A stretch of 64,000 nucleotides of DNA from Eledone cirrhosa (GCA_964016885.1 OZ024741.1:79484001-79548000); one strand, 5' to 3'. Shown: positions 51,939 through 64,000, counted from the stretch's first letter. Notes: a model not told the origin generated them from the sequence alone. Program-made: numbers and translations.

Positions 51939-53742
51939 ATCATCATCGTTTAACGTCCATCTTCCACGCTAGCATGGGTTTGGACGGGAATTGTCCCACT
52001 TGAGGCAAGATTGGTTGTCTTGCTCGTATAGGATTGTCTGGCAGGTTTTCTACGGCTGGATGCCCTTCCTAACACCAACCACGTTTACAGTTGGCTGGGA
52101 GGTTTTTACCGTGTTACCTACACAGCCACATTACAGCGTGGACTGTGTGTTTTTTTGTCGTGACACCTACATGACCTCATTTATTTAGGACTGGATGTTG
52201 TGGTACCAACATAACTTTACATCGAAAGGGTGGTGTAGATGGGGGTGGGGGTAGGGGTAGTGGGACGGAGGTGTATTTTGGTTAAGAGGTGCCTACTGAT
52301 TGTAGGTTTCGCTTTGTACTTAGGCAAAGCAGGTCTTCTGTATTACTGCGTAGCGCCAAAGATCTTGGTCCAGTGACATTGTCTTGGAGAGGTGTAAGTG
52401 TGTGAGGTCGGAATTTATCAAGTCGTCCCAGGTTTTTCTGGGTCCGCCTACTCCGTAGTAACCGTCTATTTTGATTGCCCTGTACTTTTTTATACAGCTG
52501 TCGCCTTTCATGCGCATCACGTGACCATACCAACGTAGTCTTCTCTCAAGTAAACAGCATCTGATCACTCTTATTCCTAATTTCTCACTTAGTTCATTTA
52601 TGCCTTGCCGTTCACGTATATTACTATTACACATCCAACGGAGCATGCAAGCTTCGTTCCGCTCCAGTCTGCGTAGATCCTCTGCACACAATGCCCATGT
52701 CTCACTGCCATGTAACATTGCTGTTCGTATGCAGGCATCACACAGCCTGCCTTTCATTTTTAGAGAGAAATCTTTACCGGCCAATAGTGGTATAAGCTCT
52801 CTGAACTTTTCCCATCCCGTTCTGACTCTAGCTATTGTACTTTCGGAGCACCCTCCACCACTGCTGATTTTGTCACCCAGGTAACGGAAGGTGTCCACTA
52901 TTTCTATAGAACCATCTGGGCAATGGATTGAGCTAGTATTCTGTGGGCACTTGCTGCTACTTATTGCACCTGAGCACCGGCCACATATAAAATCTATATT
53001 CTTAATTAGCTTACCTGTGATCTCACTACATCTTTTATGCACCCATACTTTGCATTTGGGACATAAAATGGAGTTTCTGTCTAATCCTTTCCTACACACT
53101 GAGCATGGCCATTTCCCAGATGGGACCAGTGCCCTATTTTCCTTCCTAGATACTAGAACTTTAGTCTTGGACAAGTTAATTTTAAGGCCTTTTGATTCTA
53201 GGCCATGCTTCCATGTTTGGAATTTCTTCTCTAGTTCAGCCATTGATTCAGCTATGAGCGTTAGATCATCTGCGTATAGAAGTTCCCATGGGCAGCCGGT
53301 CTTGAACTCCTCTGTTATAGCCTGAAGGGCAATAATAAATAGTAGGGGGCTAAGGACGGAGCCCTGATGAACACCAACTTTTACGCTAAACTTTTCACTA
53401 TGTTCGTTGTTAATTCTAACCTTGCTGACTGTTTCTTTATACATGGCTTGTATAGCTCTCACAAGCCATTCATCAACACCTAGTTTTCTGAGAACCCACC
53501 AGATAATGGGGCGTGGGACTCTGTCAAAGGCTTTCTCCAAGTCAACAAAAGCTAAGTATAGGGGTTTACTTTTAGCTAGGTACTTCTCCTGTAGTTGTCA
53601 TACAATGAAAAGAGCGTCTGTGGTACTTTTACCTGACACAAACCCGAACTGCATTTCATCCAGATCAATTCGCGCTCTGATTAGTTGCGCTATTACTTTT
53701 TCTGTGACCTTCATGACCTGGTCAATTAATTTAATGCCTCTA
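51939..53742 (-). mobile_element. RTE LINE (family A-related subfamily), 5'-truncated
   Basis: ORF 53540-52320 with YADD and PHD finger; stop near 53598; 5' end in (TA)n at YRGIKL. Confidence 0.96.
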
Positions 53743-54039
53743 TATATATATAGACCATGTGTGTGTATGTATATATGTGTGTGTGTGTATATACACATAT
53801 CATCATCATCTCCGTCTTACGTCCATTTTCCACGCTAGCATGGGTTAGACGGGTTGTCCTGTTGTGGGCAATGCTAGGTCAGGTAACCATATCTTGTTCA
53901 TAGCGGACTGGTTCTGCTTGGTTTCTACTACTAGATGCCCTTCCGAATGCCAACCTCATTTACAGTGAGTGCTGCGTGCTTTTTTTTCCGTGGCGCCTAC
54001 ACAACCACTTTGCAGTGGAATGATAGGGACCCCATATAT

Positions 54040-56682
54040 ATCATCATCATCATCATCATTTTAACATCTGCTTTCCCTGCTACCCAGAGATGGATAGGTC
54101 TACATAGACCAAGTTTGTACTGAAGCAAGGCTATTTACCTCCCAGACAGGCTAGGGGTCTGTTATCTTGTTTACATTTACAATTCTACAGAGTGCAAAGG
54201 AGAGGTTGTAATATCTTTGATACAACTGAAGAGTTCTCCAACCCTTTGTTTGGCAAGCTTTCTATAACTGGATGCCTTTCATACCACCAACCACTTTACA
54301 GGATGTGCTGAGTGCATTTATCATGTAGATCACCAACACTAGCGAGGCCATCATGTCCTTGACATGACTAAAGGGTCTTTCCAACTATATATTAGGCAAG
54401 TTTTCGATGGTTGGATGCCCTTCCTATCACCAACCACTTTACAGCATGTACTGAGTGTATTTATCATGTAGATCACCCATACTAGGAAGCTGTCATGTCC
54501 TTGACATAGCTGAAGAGTCCTCCTAACCCTTATTTTGTTTAGCCCTCCATGGCTGAATGCTCTTCCCATCAACAACTGCTCCATGGGGGAGGGAGAGCTG
54601 CTAGGAGTGGGGGACATATGCAGTGGTATTGAAGTAATGGTGTTGAGGACAACTGTTGGGGAGTGCTAGTGGAGGCTGGGAGGGATATGGGTGTATGTCA
54701 GGTCACATTATAAGCTGCAGGTCAGATCTTCTTCAGCACTTCATAGTGCTGGGTCTGCCTCTTCCACGGGTCCCAGCCACAGGGAATTCTCTGCATTTCT
54801 TTATGCAGCTGCTATCTTCCATGCACATCACATGTCCATACCAATGCAGTCTTCTCTCTTGCACACTACATCCAATTTCCCTTATGCCAAGTTTTTCCCT
54901 CAGTTTGCTTATGCTATGTTACGGATGCACACTAACATTACACATCCATCAGAGAATACTTGACTCATTTTCTAGCCTCCACAGGTTTTCTGCAGTCAAG
55001 GCTCATGTTTCACTGCCATGTAGCATTGCAGTTCGTACACGGGTATCATCACTCTGAGAGAAAATACTTTTGTTGTTAGCAGTGGTAATAGATCTCTAAA
55101 CTTCTTCCAGCCTGATCTTATCCTAGCTATCACACATTCAGCACATCCTCCCTCATTACTAATTTGATTGACTAGGTACCGAAAGCTGTCAACAACTTCT
55201 ATGGAGCCCCTTTGGCAGCTGAGGGAATCTATTTCACGGGTACACTTTGTGCTTACTTCCCCTGTTCATCTGCCGCAGATAAAGTCTATCTTTTCCATTA
55301 GTCTACCTGCAATCCCACTACATCTCTTGTGCATCCATAATTTACATTGTGAGCACCTTATAGAAATTTTGGACACCCCTCTCTGAGATATTGAATAAGG
55401 CTGCTTTCTTGATGATATCACCTTACTGTCTTCTTTTCTACTTATTAAAACTTTTGCCATTGCTAAATTTACTTACCTTAGCTCTAGGTTCTTCTTCCGT
55501 GCTTGAAATTTTGCTTCTAACTCTCATATGGATTCAACTATGAGGTGATCAGCATAAAGGAGCTCCCACGGAGTGCTAATTTTAAACTCCTCAGTGATGG
55601 CCTGAAGCACAATGATAAACAGGAGTGGACTGAGGACTAACACCTGGTAGACTCCCACCAGCACTTCAAATTCATCACTCTACTCGTTGCTAACTCATAC
55701 TCTGCTGGTTGCTCCTCTATACATGCCTTGCATGGCCCTCACAAGCCATTCCTTTACACCTAGCTTCCTAAGTGCCCAGCAGATTATAGAGCATGAGACC
55801 CTGTCAAAGGTTTCCTCCAGATCAATAAAGGATATATACAGTGGCTTACTCTTAGCTACATATGTCTCCTGTAGTCTTGCCAGAAAGCGGGCACCATCAG
55901 TACCCCTACCAGGCATAAATCCAAACTGCATTTCATCTAAACTGATTCTGTCCCTAATTAGCTGTGCTATAACCCTTTCAGTAAGTTTCATGAGCTGGTC
56001 CATCAACTTGATGCCTCTGTAGTTACTTTTCTGTAGTTACTATGCTCTTTAACAATTTATAATGACATGCTGCACCAGTTGTTGGGTATGACACCATCCT
56101 GTACTGCTTGATAAACTATGAGCCTGATTAGCTTGTATCCTACCATGTCAGATGCTTTTAGCATCTCAGCGACTATACCAGACGGTCCAGCTCCTTTCCC
56201 TACCTTCATGTCCTTAATTGTTTTATCTATCAAACTGCTGTCAACTTTTAAGGCTGGTCCTTCAGTAGGGTCTGCATGTGGTAGGCCCTCACTGTTCCAT
56301 TCATTTTCCTTGCTCAGCAGTCTCTCATAGTATGTCTTCCATGCCTCCCTCTTTTTGGCATCAGACAGGGCAAGTGCTCCCTTGTCATTTTGGACACACT
56401 TTTCTCCCACCACATCATAATTTTCTCTAGCATACTGTCTTGCAACCCTGAACACTTCAAACCTCTGATATCCACAGCACAGAACATGTGCAAACTTCTT
56501 TTCTGCCTATCTCCTTGCTAGATATACTTGGTGCCTAGCCTCCCTTCATGTTATCTGGTATTGCTTTCTGTCTCCTCTATTCCTCCATGCATGTCTTTTT
56601 ATTTTAATGGCTCTTTCTACTTTGTCATTCTACCACAATGTCATCCTCTGCATTGGTGGGACCTTGCTCCAGCCACAGACGT
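54040..56682 (-). mobile_element. Older RTE LINE, multiple frameshifts, tandemly duplicated 3' UTR
   Basis: GPSGIVAEMLKAS, DEMQFGFMPGRGT, decayed PHD (CSQCKLWMHKRC..CGR); UTR unit repeated at about 54215-54530. Confidence 0.9.
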
Positions 56683-56857
56683 GTAAATATATATATCAGA
56701 GAAACACACACATATCACACATATATATCATATATATATATATATATGATATGATATGTATGCATATATATATATAAATACACACACACATATATATATA
56801 GGAAAAAGTATGAACCCCGATGGCAGAGCTCAAGCCGTTTCGAAGGCTATTTCTGTG

Positions 56858-57269
56858 GGCTTGCAAACGAAAGGTTGTGAGTTCAATACTCGGACTGGGT
56901 GATATGTTGTTTTCTTGAGCAAGACACTTTATTTCACATTGCTCCAGTTTACTCAGCTGTAGAAATGAGATGATAGGACTGGGGCCCCTATCATTCCACT
57001 GCAAAGTGGTCGTGGAGGTGCCATGGCAAAAAAGCACCCAGCCCACACTGTAAAGTGGACGTGTAGGCGCCACGGAAAAAAAGCACCCAGCACTTACTGT
57101 AAATGAGGTTGGTGTTAGGAAGGGCATCCAGCTGTAGAAATCAAGCCAGAATCAGTTCCCGTATGAGCAAGACATGGTCAGCCGACCGGACACTGCCCAC
57201 AAGAGGACAACCTGTCTAACCCATGCTAGCGTGGAAGAACGGATGTAAAACGGTGATGATGATGATGAT
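56858..57269 (+). mobile_element. CORE-SINE with long RTE family B tail, head-truncated and fused to an F1 fragment
   Basis: CORE-like domain 56915-56970; 57010-57269 matches 39065-39320; 56800-56855 is an F1 hammerhead half. Confidence 0.8.
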
Positions 57270-57495
57270 ATGTATGTATACATTTATATATCATCATCAT
57301 AATGTATGTTTTAATGGTTAAAATAGCTCTTCTGTAATTCCTTCTGTTTCCACAAATGAAGTCACCTGTTACACAAGTACATGTTAGAATATACATATAT
57401 TCTCAGGAACCAAATAATAGTGGGGTGGGGATAAGCGGGGAGGTTGGGCATTTGTTTAATTATTCAAGATCTGCGACTGTATATATATACACATA

Positions 57496-57843
57496 TGGAG
57501 GCACATGGCTTAGTGGTTAGAGCATTGGGCTTGCAATCGAAAGGTTGTGAGTTCAATTCTCAGACCGGGTGATGTGTTGTTTCCTTGAGCAAGACACTTT
57601 ATTTCACATTGCTCCAGTTTACTCAGCTGTAGAAATGAGATGATAGGGACTGGAAGTCATATCATTCCACTGTAAAGTGGTCGTGGAGATGCCACGGCAA
57701 AAAAAAGCACCAAGCACTCACTGTAAATGAGGTTGGTGTTAGGAAGGGCATCCAGCTGTAGAAATAAAGCCAAAATCAGTTCCCATCCCACCGTTGCAAG
57801 CAGGGAAAAGCGGACGTAAAATGAAATGATGATGATGATGATG
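57496..57843 (+). mobile_element. CORE-SINE with tRNA head and RTE-derived tail, full length
   Basis: A-box TGGCTTAGTGG, B-box GAGTTCAATTC, MIR-CORE-like CCTTGAGCAAGACACTTT..CAGTTTACTCAGCTGTAGAAATG, RTE tail GTTGGTGTTAGGAAGGGCATCC, (GAT)n. Confidence 0.85.
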
Positions 57844-58171
57844 ACACACATACATATACACATACACTTAAACTCAGAGGAAAATGTACTCAGAATATAA
57901 AACTCAGTGTGAATGTTTTATTTAAATAAATTGGACTCAATGTTTAAATAAAACACACACACACGCACGTATGTGTGTGTATATATATATATGTATAAGT
58001 AGAAGGGATATTTAATTTGTTGGAAATCCGACAAATATAAATATAAATGTTTATAACTGATTTAGAGCACTCAACAGTTCCTGGAGTAAATATTCAATGA
58101 TATTAAATAAATGGAAACTATATTTATAAAACCATATATTTATTTTATTATATATATTTATTATATATATT

Positions 58172-59828
58172 TAGCTAAAAGCTAAAGGTAAACCCCTCTA
58201 CTTAGCTTTTGTCGACTTGGAGAAAGCCTTCGACAGAGTCCCCCGCTCCATTATCTGGTGGGCTCTTAGAAAACTAGGCGTTGACGAATGGCTTGTGAGG
58301 GCTATACAAGCCATGTATAAAGAAACAGTCAGCAAGGTTAGAATTAACAACGAATATAGTGAAGAGTTTAGCGTAAAAGTCGGCGTCCATCAGGGCTCTG
58401 TTCTCAGTCCACTACTATTTATTATTGCCCTTCAGGCCATAACAGAGGAGTTCAAGACAGGCTGCCCATGGGAACTCCTATACGCAGACGACCTGACACT
58501 CATAGCGGAATCAATGGCCGAGCTAGAGAAGAAATTCCAAACATGGAAGCACGGCCTAGAGTCAAAAGGACTTAAAATTAACCTGGCTAAGACCAAAGTA
58601 CTAGTTTGTAGGAAAGAAAACAAGGCGGCGGTCCCTTCTGGGAAATGGTCGTGCTCGGTGTGTAGGAAAGGCGTAGGTAGAAACTCCATTTTATGTCCTA
58701 AATGCAAAGTATGGGTGCATAAAAGATGTAGTGGGATCACAGGTAGGCTAACTAAGAACATAGATTTTACATGTGGCCGGTGCTCTGGTGCAATAAGTAG
58801 CAGCAAGTGCCCACAAACTACTAGCTCTTTCAATTGCGCAGAGGGTTCTATAGAAATAGTGGACAGCTTCCGTTACCTGGGCGATAAAATCAGCAGTGGG
58901 GGAGGGTGCTCTGAAAGTACTGTAGCTAGAGTCAGAACTGGTTGGAAAAAGTTCAGAGAGCTTATACCACTATTAGCTGCTAAAGGGTTCTCCCTAAAAA
59001 TGAAAGGCAGGTTGTACGATGCCTGCATCCGAACAGCAATGCTGCATGGCAGTGAGACCTGGGCATTGTGTGCAGAGGATATACGCAGACTAGAGAGGAA
59101 CGAAGCTTGCATGCTCCGCTGGATGTGTAACAGTAATATACGTGAACGGCAAAACATAAACGAACTAAGGAAAAAATTAGAGATAAGAGGGATCAGATGT
59201 TGTTTACTCGAGAGAAGGCTACGTTGGTATGGACACGTGATGCGCATGAAAGTCGATAGCTGTATAACAAAGTGCAGGGCAATAAAGATAGACGGTAGTC
59301 ACGGAATAGGCAGACCTAGAAAAACCTGGGACGAGCTGATAAACTCCGACATCACACACTTACACCTCTCCAAGACAATGTCACTGGACCGAGACCTTTG
59401 GCGGTACTCAGTAACAGAGAAGACCCGCCTTACCTAAATATATAGTAAAACCTACTCCAGCCAGTAGGCATCTCTAACAAATACACCCCGTCCCACCACC
59501 CCCACCCGATCCACACCACCCCGTTCTATGTAAAGTTATGTTGGTGCCGCGCCATCGAGGCCGAAACAAATGAGATCGTGTAGGTGTCACGACAAAAAAA
59601 CACACAGTCCACGCTGTAATGTGGCCGTGTAGGCAACACGGTAAAAACCTCCCAGACCCACACTGTAAATGTGGTTGGTGTTAGGAAGGGCATCCAACTG
59701 TAGAAAACCTGCCAGACAGTCCTATGCGAGCAAGACAATCACTCTTGCCTCAAGTGGGACTACCCCCGTCCAAACCCATGCAAGCGTGGAACACGGACGT
59801 TAAACGTTGATGATGATGATGATGATGA
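58172..59828 (+). mobile_element. Young RTE LINE family A, 5'-truncated, uninterrupted ORF
   Basis: ORF to 59437 with FVDLEKAFD, QGSVLSP, YADD, PHD, FRYLG; (GAT)n tail. Confidence 0.97.
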
Positions 59829-60803
59829 TATTTCAAGGGTACCAAAACACTTTGGCATGCTTTCTTCAGATAAAATACAAAGTTTGTTTTATAAAATTTT
59901 CATATAATATATACGTATAAAAAAATTCTAATTTTTATATTATTTTAATAATTTTTTATTTCTTTAAAAAATTACTTATCTCTTAAAAAATTTAATTAAA
60001 AAAAATTTTTTTTTTTAATTTTCTCAAAAATGGTTTTTCAAAAATTTTTGTTTTATTTTTTCCATATTTTTTCAATAGATTAATAAACCACTAACTGATT
60101 CTGGCTAAATGTATCTTAAACATCCATACTTATTTTGACTAAATAGTCTCACACTAACGAATAAATAAATAAAATCAGAGTTTTTTCCTTATCTTCCCTT
60201 TTCAATCATATAAATATGAATATTATTACTTAACTCAGTTAATTTAATTTAAAATCATTCTCAATTTTAAATACATATTTAATTACATAAAATACAAAAC
60301 CAATATCCCTCATAACTCATTAGAACAACTATCTAAACATGATATACCAATTTATTTATTTATCTACTTAAAACGGAAAAAAAACATCCCTCGTAACTCA
60401 TATTATATTATAAACAAATTTTAAACAACTAATAATCGTAAAATATCCTTTTAATATAAATACACATACTATTAAAATATATACTTACATATATACATAG
60501 ATAATTGTGCGAATATATTTCCCCCAAATTAACGTTATATGAGCTTTTCATTCATCTTCGCTTTTTCCTTCTTCTCTCTCTCTCTATTTTGTACTTCCCT
60601 TCTTTCTCTCACTGTCATATATTATATATATAAACTCTCCATAGTCGTTTAAATAAACGGTTGCTTTTCAATTATTTACATATTCATTTGCATATTCACC
60701 CATAAGTTTGAAAAATCCATAATACATTTCCACTATCCAGAGAATATCCAACTGATAAGGTATGATTTTCCTGGGTATGTCTCTATTTATAAAACAAACT
60801 TTG

Positions 60804-60866
60804 TATTTTATCTGAAGAAAGCGTACCAAAGTGTTTTGGTACCCTTGAAATATATATAATAAAATA
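60804..60866 (+). ncRNA. Minimal type-I hammerhead ribozyme, best preserved in the window
   Basis: TATTTTAT-CTGAAGA-AAGCGTACCAAA-GTGT-TTTGGTACCCTT-GAAA-TATATATA-ATAAAATA: 8-bp stem I, 11 of 12 bp in stem II. Confidence 0.85.
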
Positions 60867-60934
60867 AATATGGTTTGATAAATATAGTTTCCATTTATTT
60901 AATATCATTGTGTATATATATATATATATATATA

Positions 60935-63475
60935 GTGGGAATTTCTGAAAGCAAACCTGCTGATGGCGACAGACGAAGTCTGTGGCTGGAGCAGGCCTGT
61001 AGGCAGGAGGAGAGTAACATGGTGGTGGAACAGTAGGGTGGAGGGGTCAATTAAGGCCAAAAAGCAGGCTTGGAAAGTATGGCGGGATGGGGGAAGTAGA
61101 GAAGACTATCAAGTGGCCAGGAGGGAGGCTAGGAGACAAGTGTACTTCGCAAGAAGGAAAGCAGAGGAAAGAAAGTTCAAGCATATTCTACAACGCGAGG
61201 ACCAAAAACGTGAGGTGTTCAGGATTGCTAGGCAATGTGTCAAGGAAAACCATGATATTGTCGGGGAGAAGTGTGTACTTAATGATGACGGCGTACTTGC
61301 CATCACCGACGCTGATAAGAAGGTAGTTTGGAAGTGCCACTATGAAAGGCTACTAAATGAGGAGAATAAATGGGAGAAAGACAGTCTCCCCCACATCGAC
61401 CCAATAGAGGGACCAGCAGAGTTAGTCGAGGGTAGTATAATAAGTAAGGCAATCAAGGATATGAAGACGGGTAAGGCGGCTGGGCCTTCGGAAATAGTTG
61501 CTGAGATGCTGAAGGCATCTGGCTCGGTGGGACACACCTTGGTCACCCGGATAGTTAACCAAGTCGTACAGAATGGGGTTGTTCCGAAGGACTGGCATAG
61601 CAGCATCATCGTTAACTGTTATAAGGGTAAAGGAGATGCCCTAGATAGGAGTAACTATAGAGGCATTAAACTAATCGACCAGGTCATGAAGGTCACGGAA
61701 AAAGTAATAGCGCAACTAATCAGAGAGAGAATTGACCTAGATGAAATGCAGTTCGGGTTTGTGTCAGGCAAAAGTACCACAGACGCTCTTTTCATTGTAC
61801 GTCAACTACAGGAGAAGTACCTAGCTAAAGGTAAACCCCTCTACTTAGCTTTTGTCAACTTGGAGAAAGCCTTCGACAGAGTCCCCCGTTCCATTATCTG
61901 GTGGGCCCTTAGAAAACTAGGTGTCGACGAATGGCTTGTGAGAGCTATACAAGCCATGTATAAAGAAACAGTCAGCAAGGTTAGAATTATCAACGAATAT
62001 AGTGAAGAGTTTAGCGTAAAAGTTGGTGTCCATCAGGGCTCTGTTCTCAGCCCCCTACTATTTATTATTGCCCTTCAGGCTATAACAGAGGAGTTCAAGA
62101 CCGGCTGCCCATGGGAACTCCTATACACAGACGACCTGACACTCATAGCTGAATCAATGGCCAAGCTAGAGAAGAAATTCCAAACATGGAAGCACGGCCT
62201 AGAATCAAAAGGCCTTAAAATTAACCTGGCTAAGACTAAAGTTCTAGTTTGTAGGAAAGAAAATAAGGCGGCGGTCCCTTCCGGGAAATGGCCATGCTCG
62301 GTGTGTAGGAAAGGCGTAGGTAGAAACTCCATTTTATGTCCCAAATGCAAAGTATGGGTGCATAAAAGATGTAGTGGGATCACAGGTAAGCTAACTAAGA
62401 ACTTAGATTTTACATGTGGGCGGTGCTCTGGTGCAATAAGTAGCAGCGAGTGCCCACAAAATACTAACTCTTTCAATTGCGCAGAGGGCTCTATAGAAAT
62501 AGTGGACAGCTTCCGTTACCTGGGTGACAAAATCAGCAGTGGGGGAGGGTGCTCCGAAAGTACAGTAGCTAGAGTCAGAACTGGATGGAAAAAGTTCAGA
62601 GAGCTTATACCACTATTAGCCGCTAAAGGGTTCTCCCTAAAAATGAAAGGCAGGTTGTATGATGCCTGCATACGAACAGCAATGTTACATGGCAGTGAGA
62701 CCTGGGCATTGTGCGCAGAGGATATACGCAGACTAGAGAGGAACGAAGCTTGCATGCTCCGCTGGATGTGTAATAGTAATATACGTGAACGGCAAAGCAT
62801 AAACGAACTAAGGAAAAAATTAGAAATAAGAGGGATCAGATGTTGTTTACTCGAGAGAAGGCTACGTTGGTACGGACACGTGATGCGCATGAAAGTCGAT
62901 AGCTGTATAACAAAGTGCAGGGCAATAAAGATAGACGGTAGCCACGGAATAGGCAGACCTAGAAAATCCTGGGACGAGCTGATAAACTCCGACATCACAC
63001 ACTTACACCTCTCCAAGACAATGTCACTGGACCGAGACCTTTGGCGGCACTCAGTAATAGAGAAGACCCGCCTTACCTAAATACATAGTAAAACCTACTA
63101 CAGCCAGTAGGCATCTCTAACAAAATACACCCCCGTCCCACCACCCACACCCCCATCCACACCACCCCCTCCTATGTAAAGTTATGTTGGTGCCACAACA
63201 TCCAGGCCGAAACAAATGAGATCGTGTAGGTGTCACGACAAAAAAACACACAGTCCACGCTGTAATGTGGCCGTGTAGGCAACACGGTAAAAACCTCCCA
63301 GTCCCACACTGTAAATGTGGTTGGTGTTAGGAAGGGCATCCAACTGTATTAAACCTGCCAGACAGTCCTATGCGAGCAAGACAATCACTCTTGCCTCAAG
63401 TGGGAATACCCCCGTCCAAATCCTTGCAAGCGTGGAACACGGACGTTAAACGTTGATGATGATGATGATGATGAT
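60935..63475 (+). mobile_element. RTE LINE family A, longest copy, lacks AP endonuclease
   Basis: Open 705-aa frame, 3' UTR, (GAT)n tail, (TA)n flanks. Confidence 0.97.
60963..63080 (+). pseudogene. RTE reverse transcriptase ORF with internal PHD-type finger, probably inactive
   Basis: Full RT domain, but FVNLEKAFD (catalytic D to N relative to sister copies) and YTDD instead of YADD; N-terminal endonuclease missing. Confidence 0.85.
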
Positions 63476-63562
63476 ATATATATCGAGCGCTTGCCACACA
63501 TCCTGGAAGTTGTTTTTCGTTAATTCCTAAGCCGAAATACGATTCTTGCTAATTTATATTTG

Positions 63563-63604
<42 letters not shown>

Positions 63605-64000
63605 TGAGTTGGTAGTAGATTTTATAGAGCATGAGGCAAAAATACATTCTAGTCAGATAGTTTCATGCCCTGAGTTGATGTTGCTTTTTATTTTCCTGAA
63701 GTCAATAAAATAAGTGTCAAAGTACTGGGGTTGATATAACTGACCACACAAACACGTAAAGATGATGCCCCATTATGGTCACTGTCCAAATCAGAGAAAC
63801 CAATAAAAGAATATGAATAAAAAATAAAATAAAATAACCTGACCACTTGCCAAATAGACAGTCAGAATGATTCTTCAATTGTGTAAAAGACACAACCATC
63901 CTAGTATTGGTGATCAACACAATAACCTAATCCAGTACACTCTGTAAAGTGGTAGGTGATAAGAAGAACATTCAGCTGTAGAAAACCTGCCAAACAAAGG

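Larger units (their letters stand above)
57997..60910. mobile_element. Family F2 Penelope-derived fold-back element, left arm split by an RTE insertion
   Basis: 58095-58170 joined to 59828-59895 is the reverse complement of 60786-60910; AT-rich 0.9-kb non-coding spacer. Confidence 0.7.

Noticed and set aside
57496-57570. tRNA gene
   Set aside because: tRNA-like SINE head that continues into a CORE domain and LINE tail.

Overview
AT-rich animal genomic DNA with no confidently identifiable host gene. The repeat families, (TA)n/(CAT)n arrays and SINE types point to an octopod cephalopod (inference). The window is a pile-up of transposable elements. (1) About 11 5'-truncated RTE-clade LINEs with (GAT)n tails; their reverse transcriptase carries a C4HC3 PHD-type finger inside the RT core, and several copies are very young. 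(2) Penelope-like elements (RT + GIY-YIG) and many short non-coding Penelope termini, often as fold-back inverted repeats in (TA)n arrays, carrying minimal type-I hammerhead ribozymes. Five of these have the compensatory core UUGANAA (U3:A8) instead of CUGANGA. (3) Restriction-like-endonuclease LINE remnants (two R4/Dong-like, one GC-rich CRE-like) and a Tx1/L1 3' end. (4) A full-length DD37D (maT) Tc1/mariner, hAT- and piggyBac-type MITEs and a probable non-autonomous Helitron. (5) tRNA-derived SINEs, including CORE-SINEs with the RTE 3' tail. The most notable signals are the hammerhead-bearing fold-back mini-insertions in (TA)n and the PHD-in-RT RTE family. All calls are by eye; no searches or folding were run.
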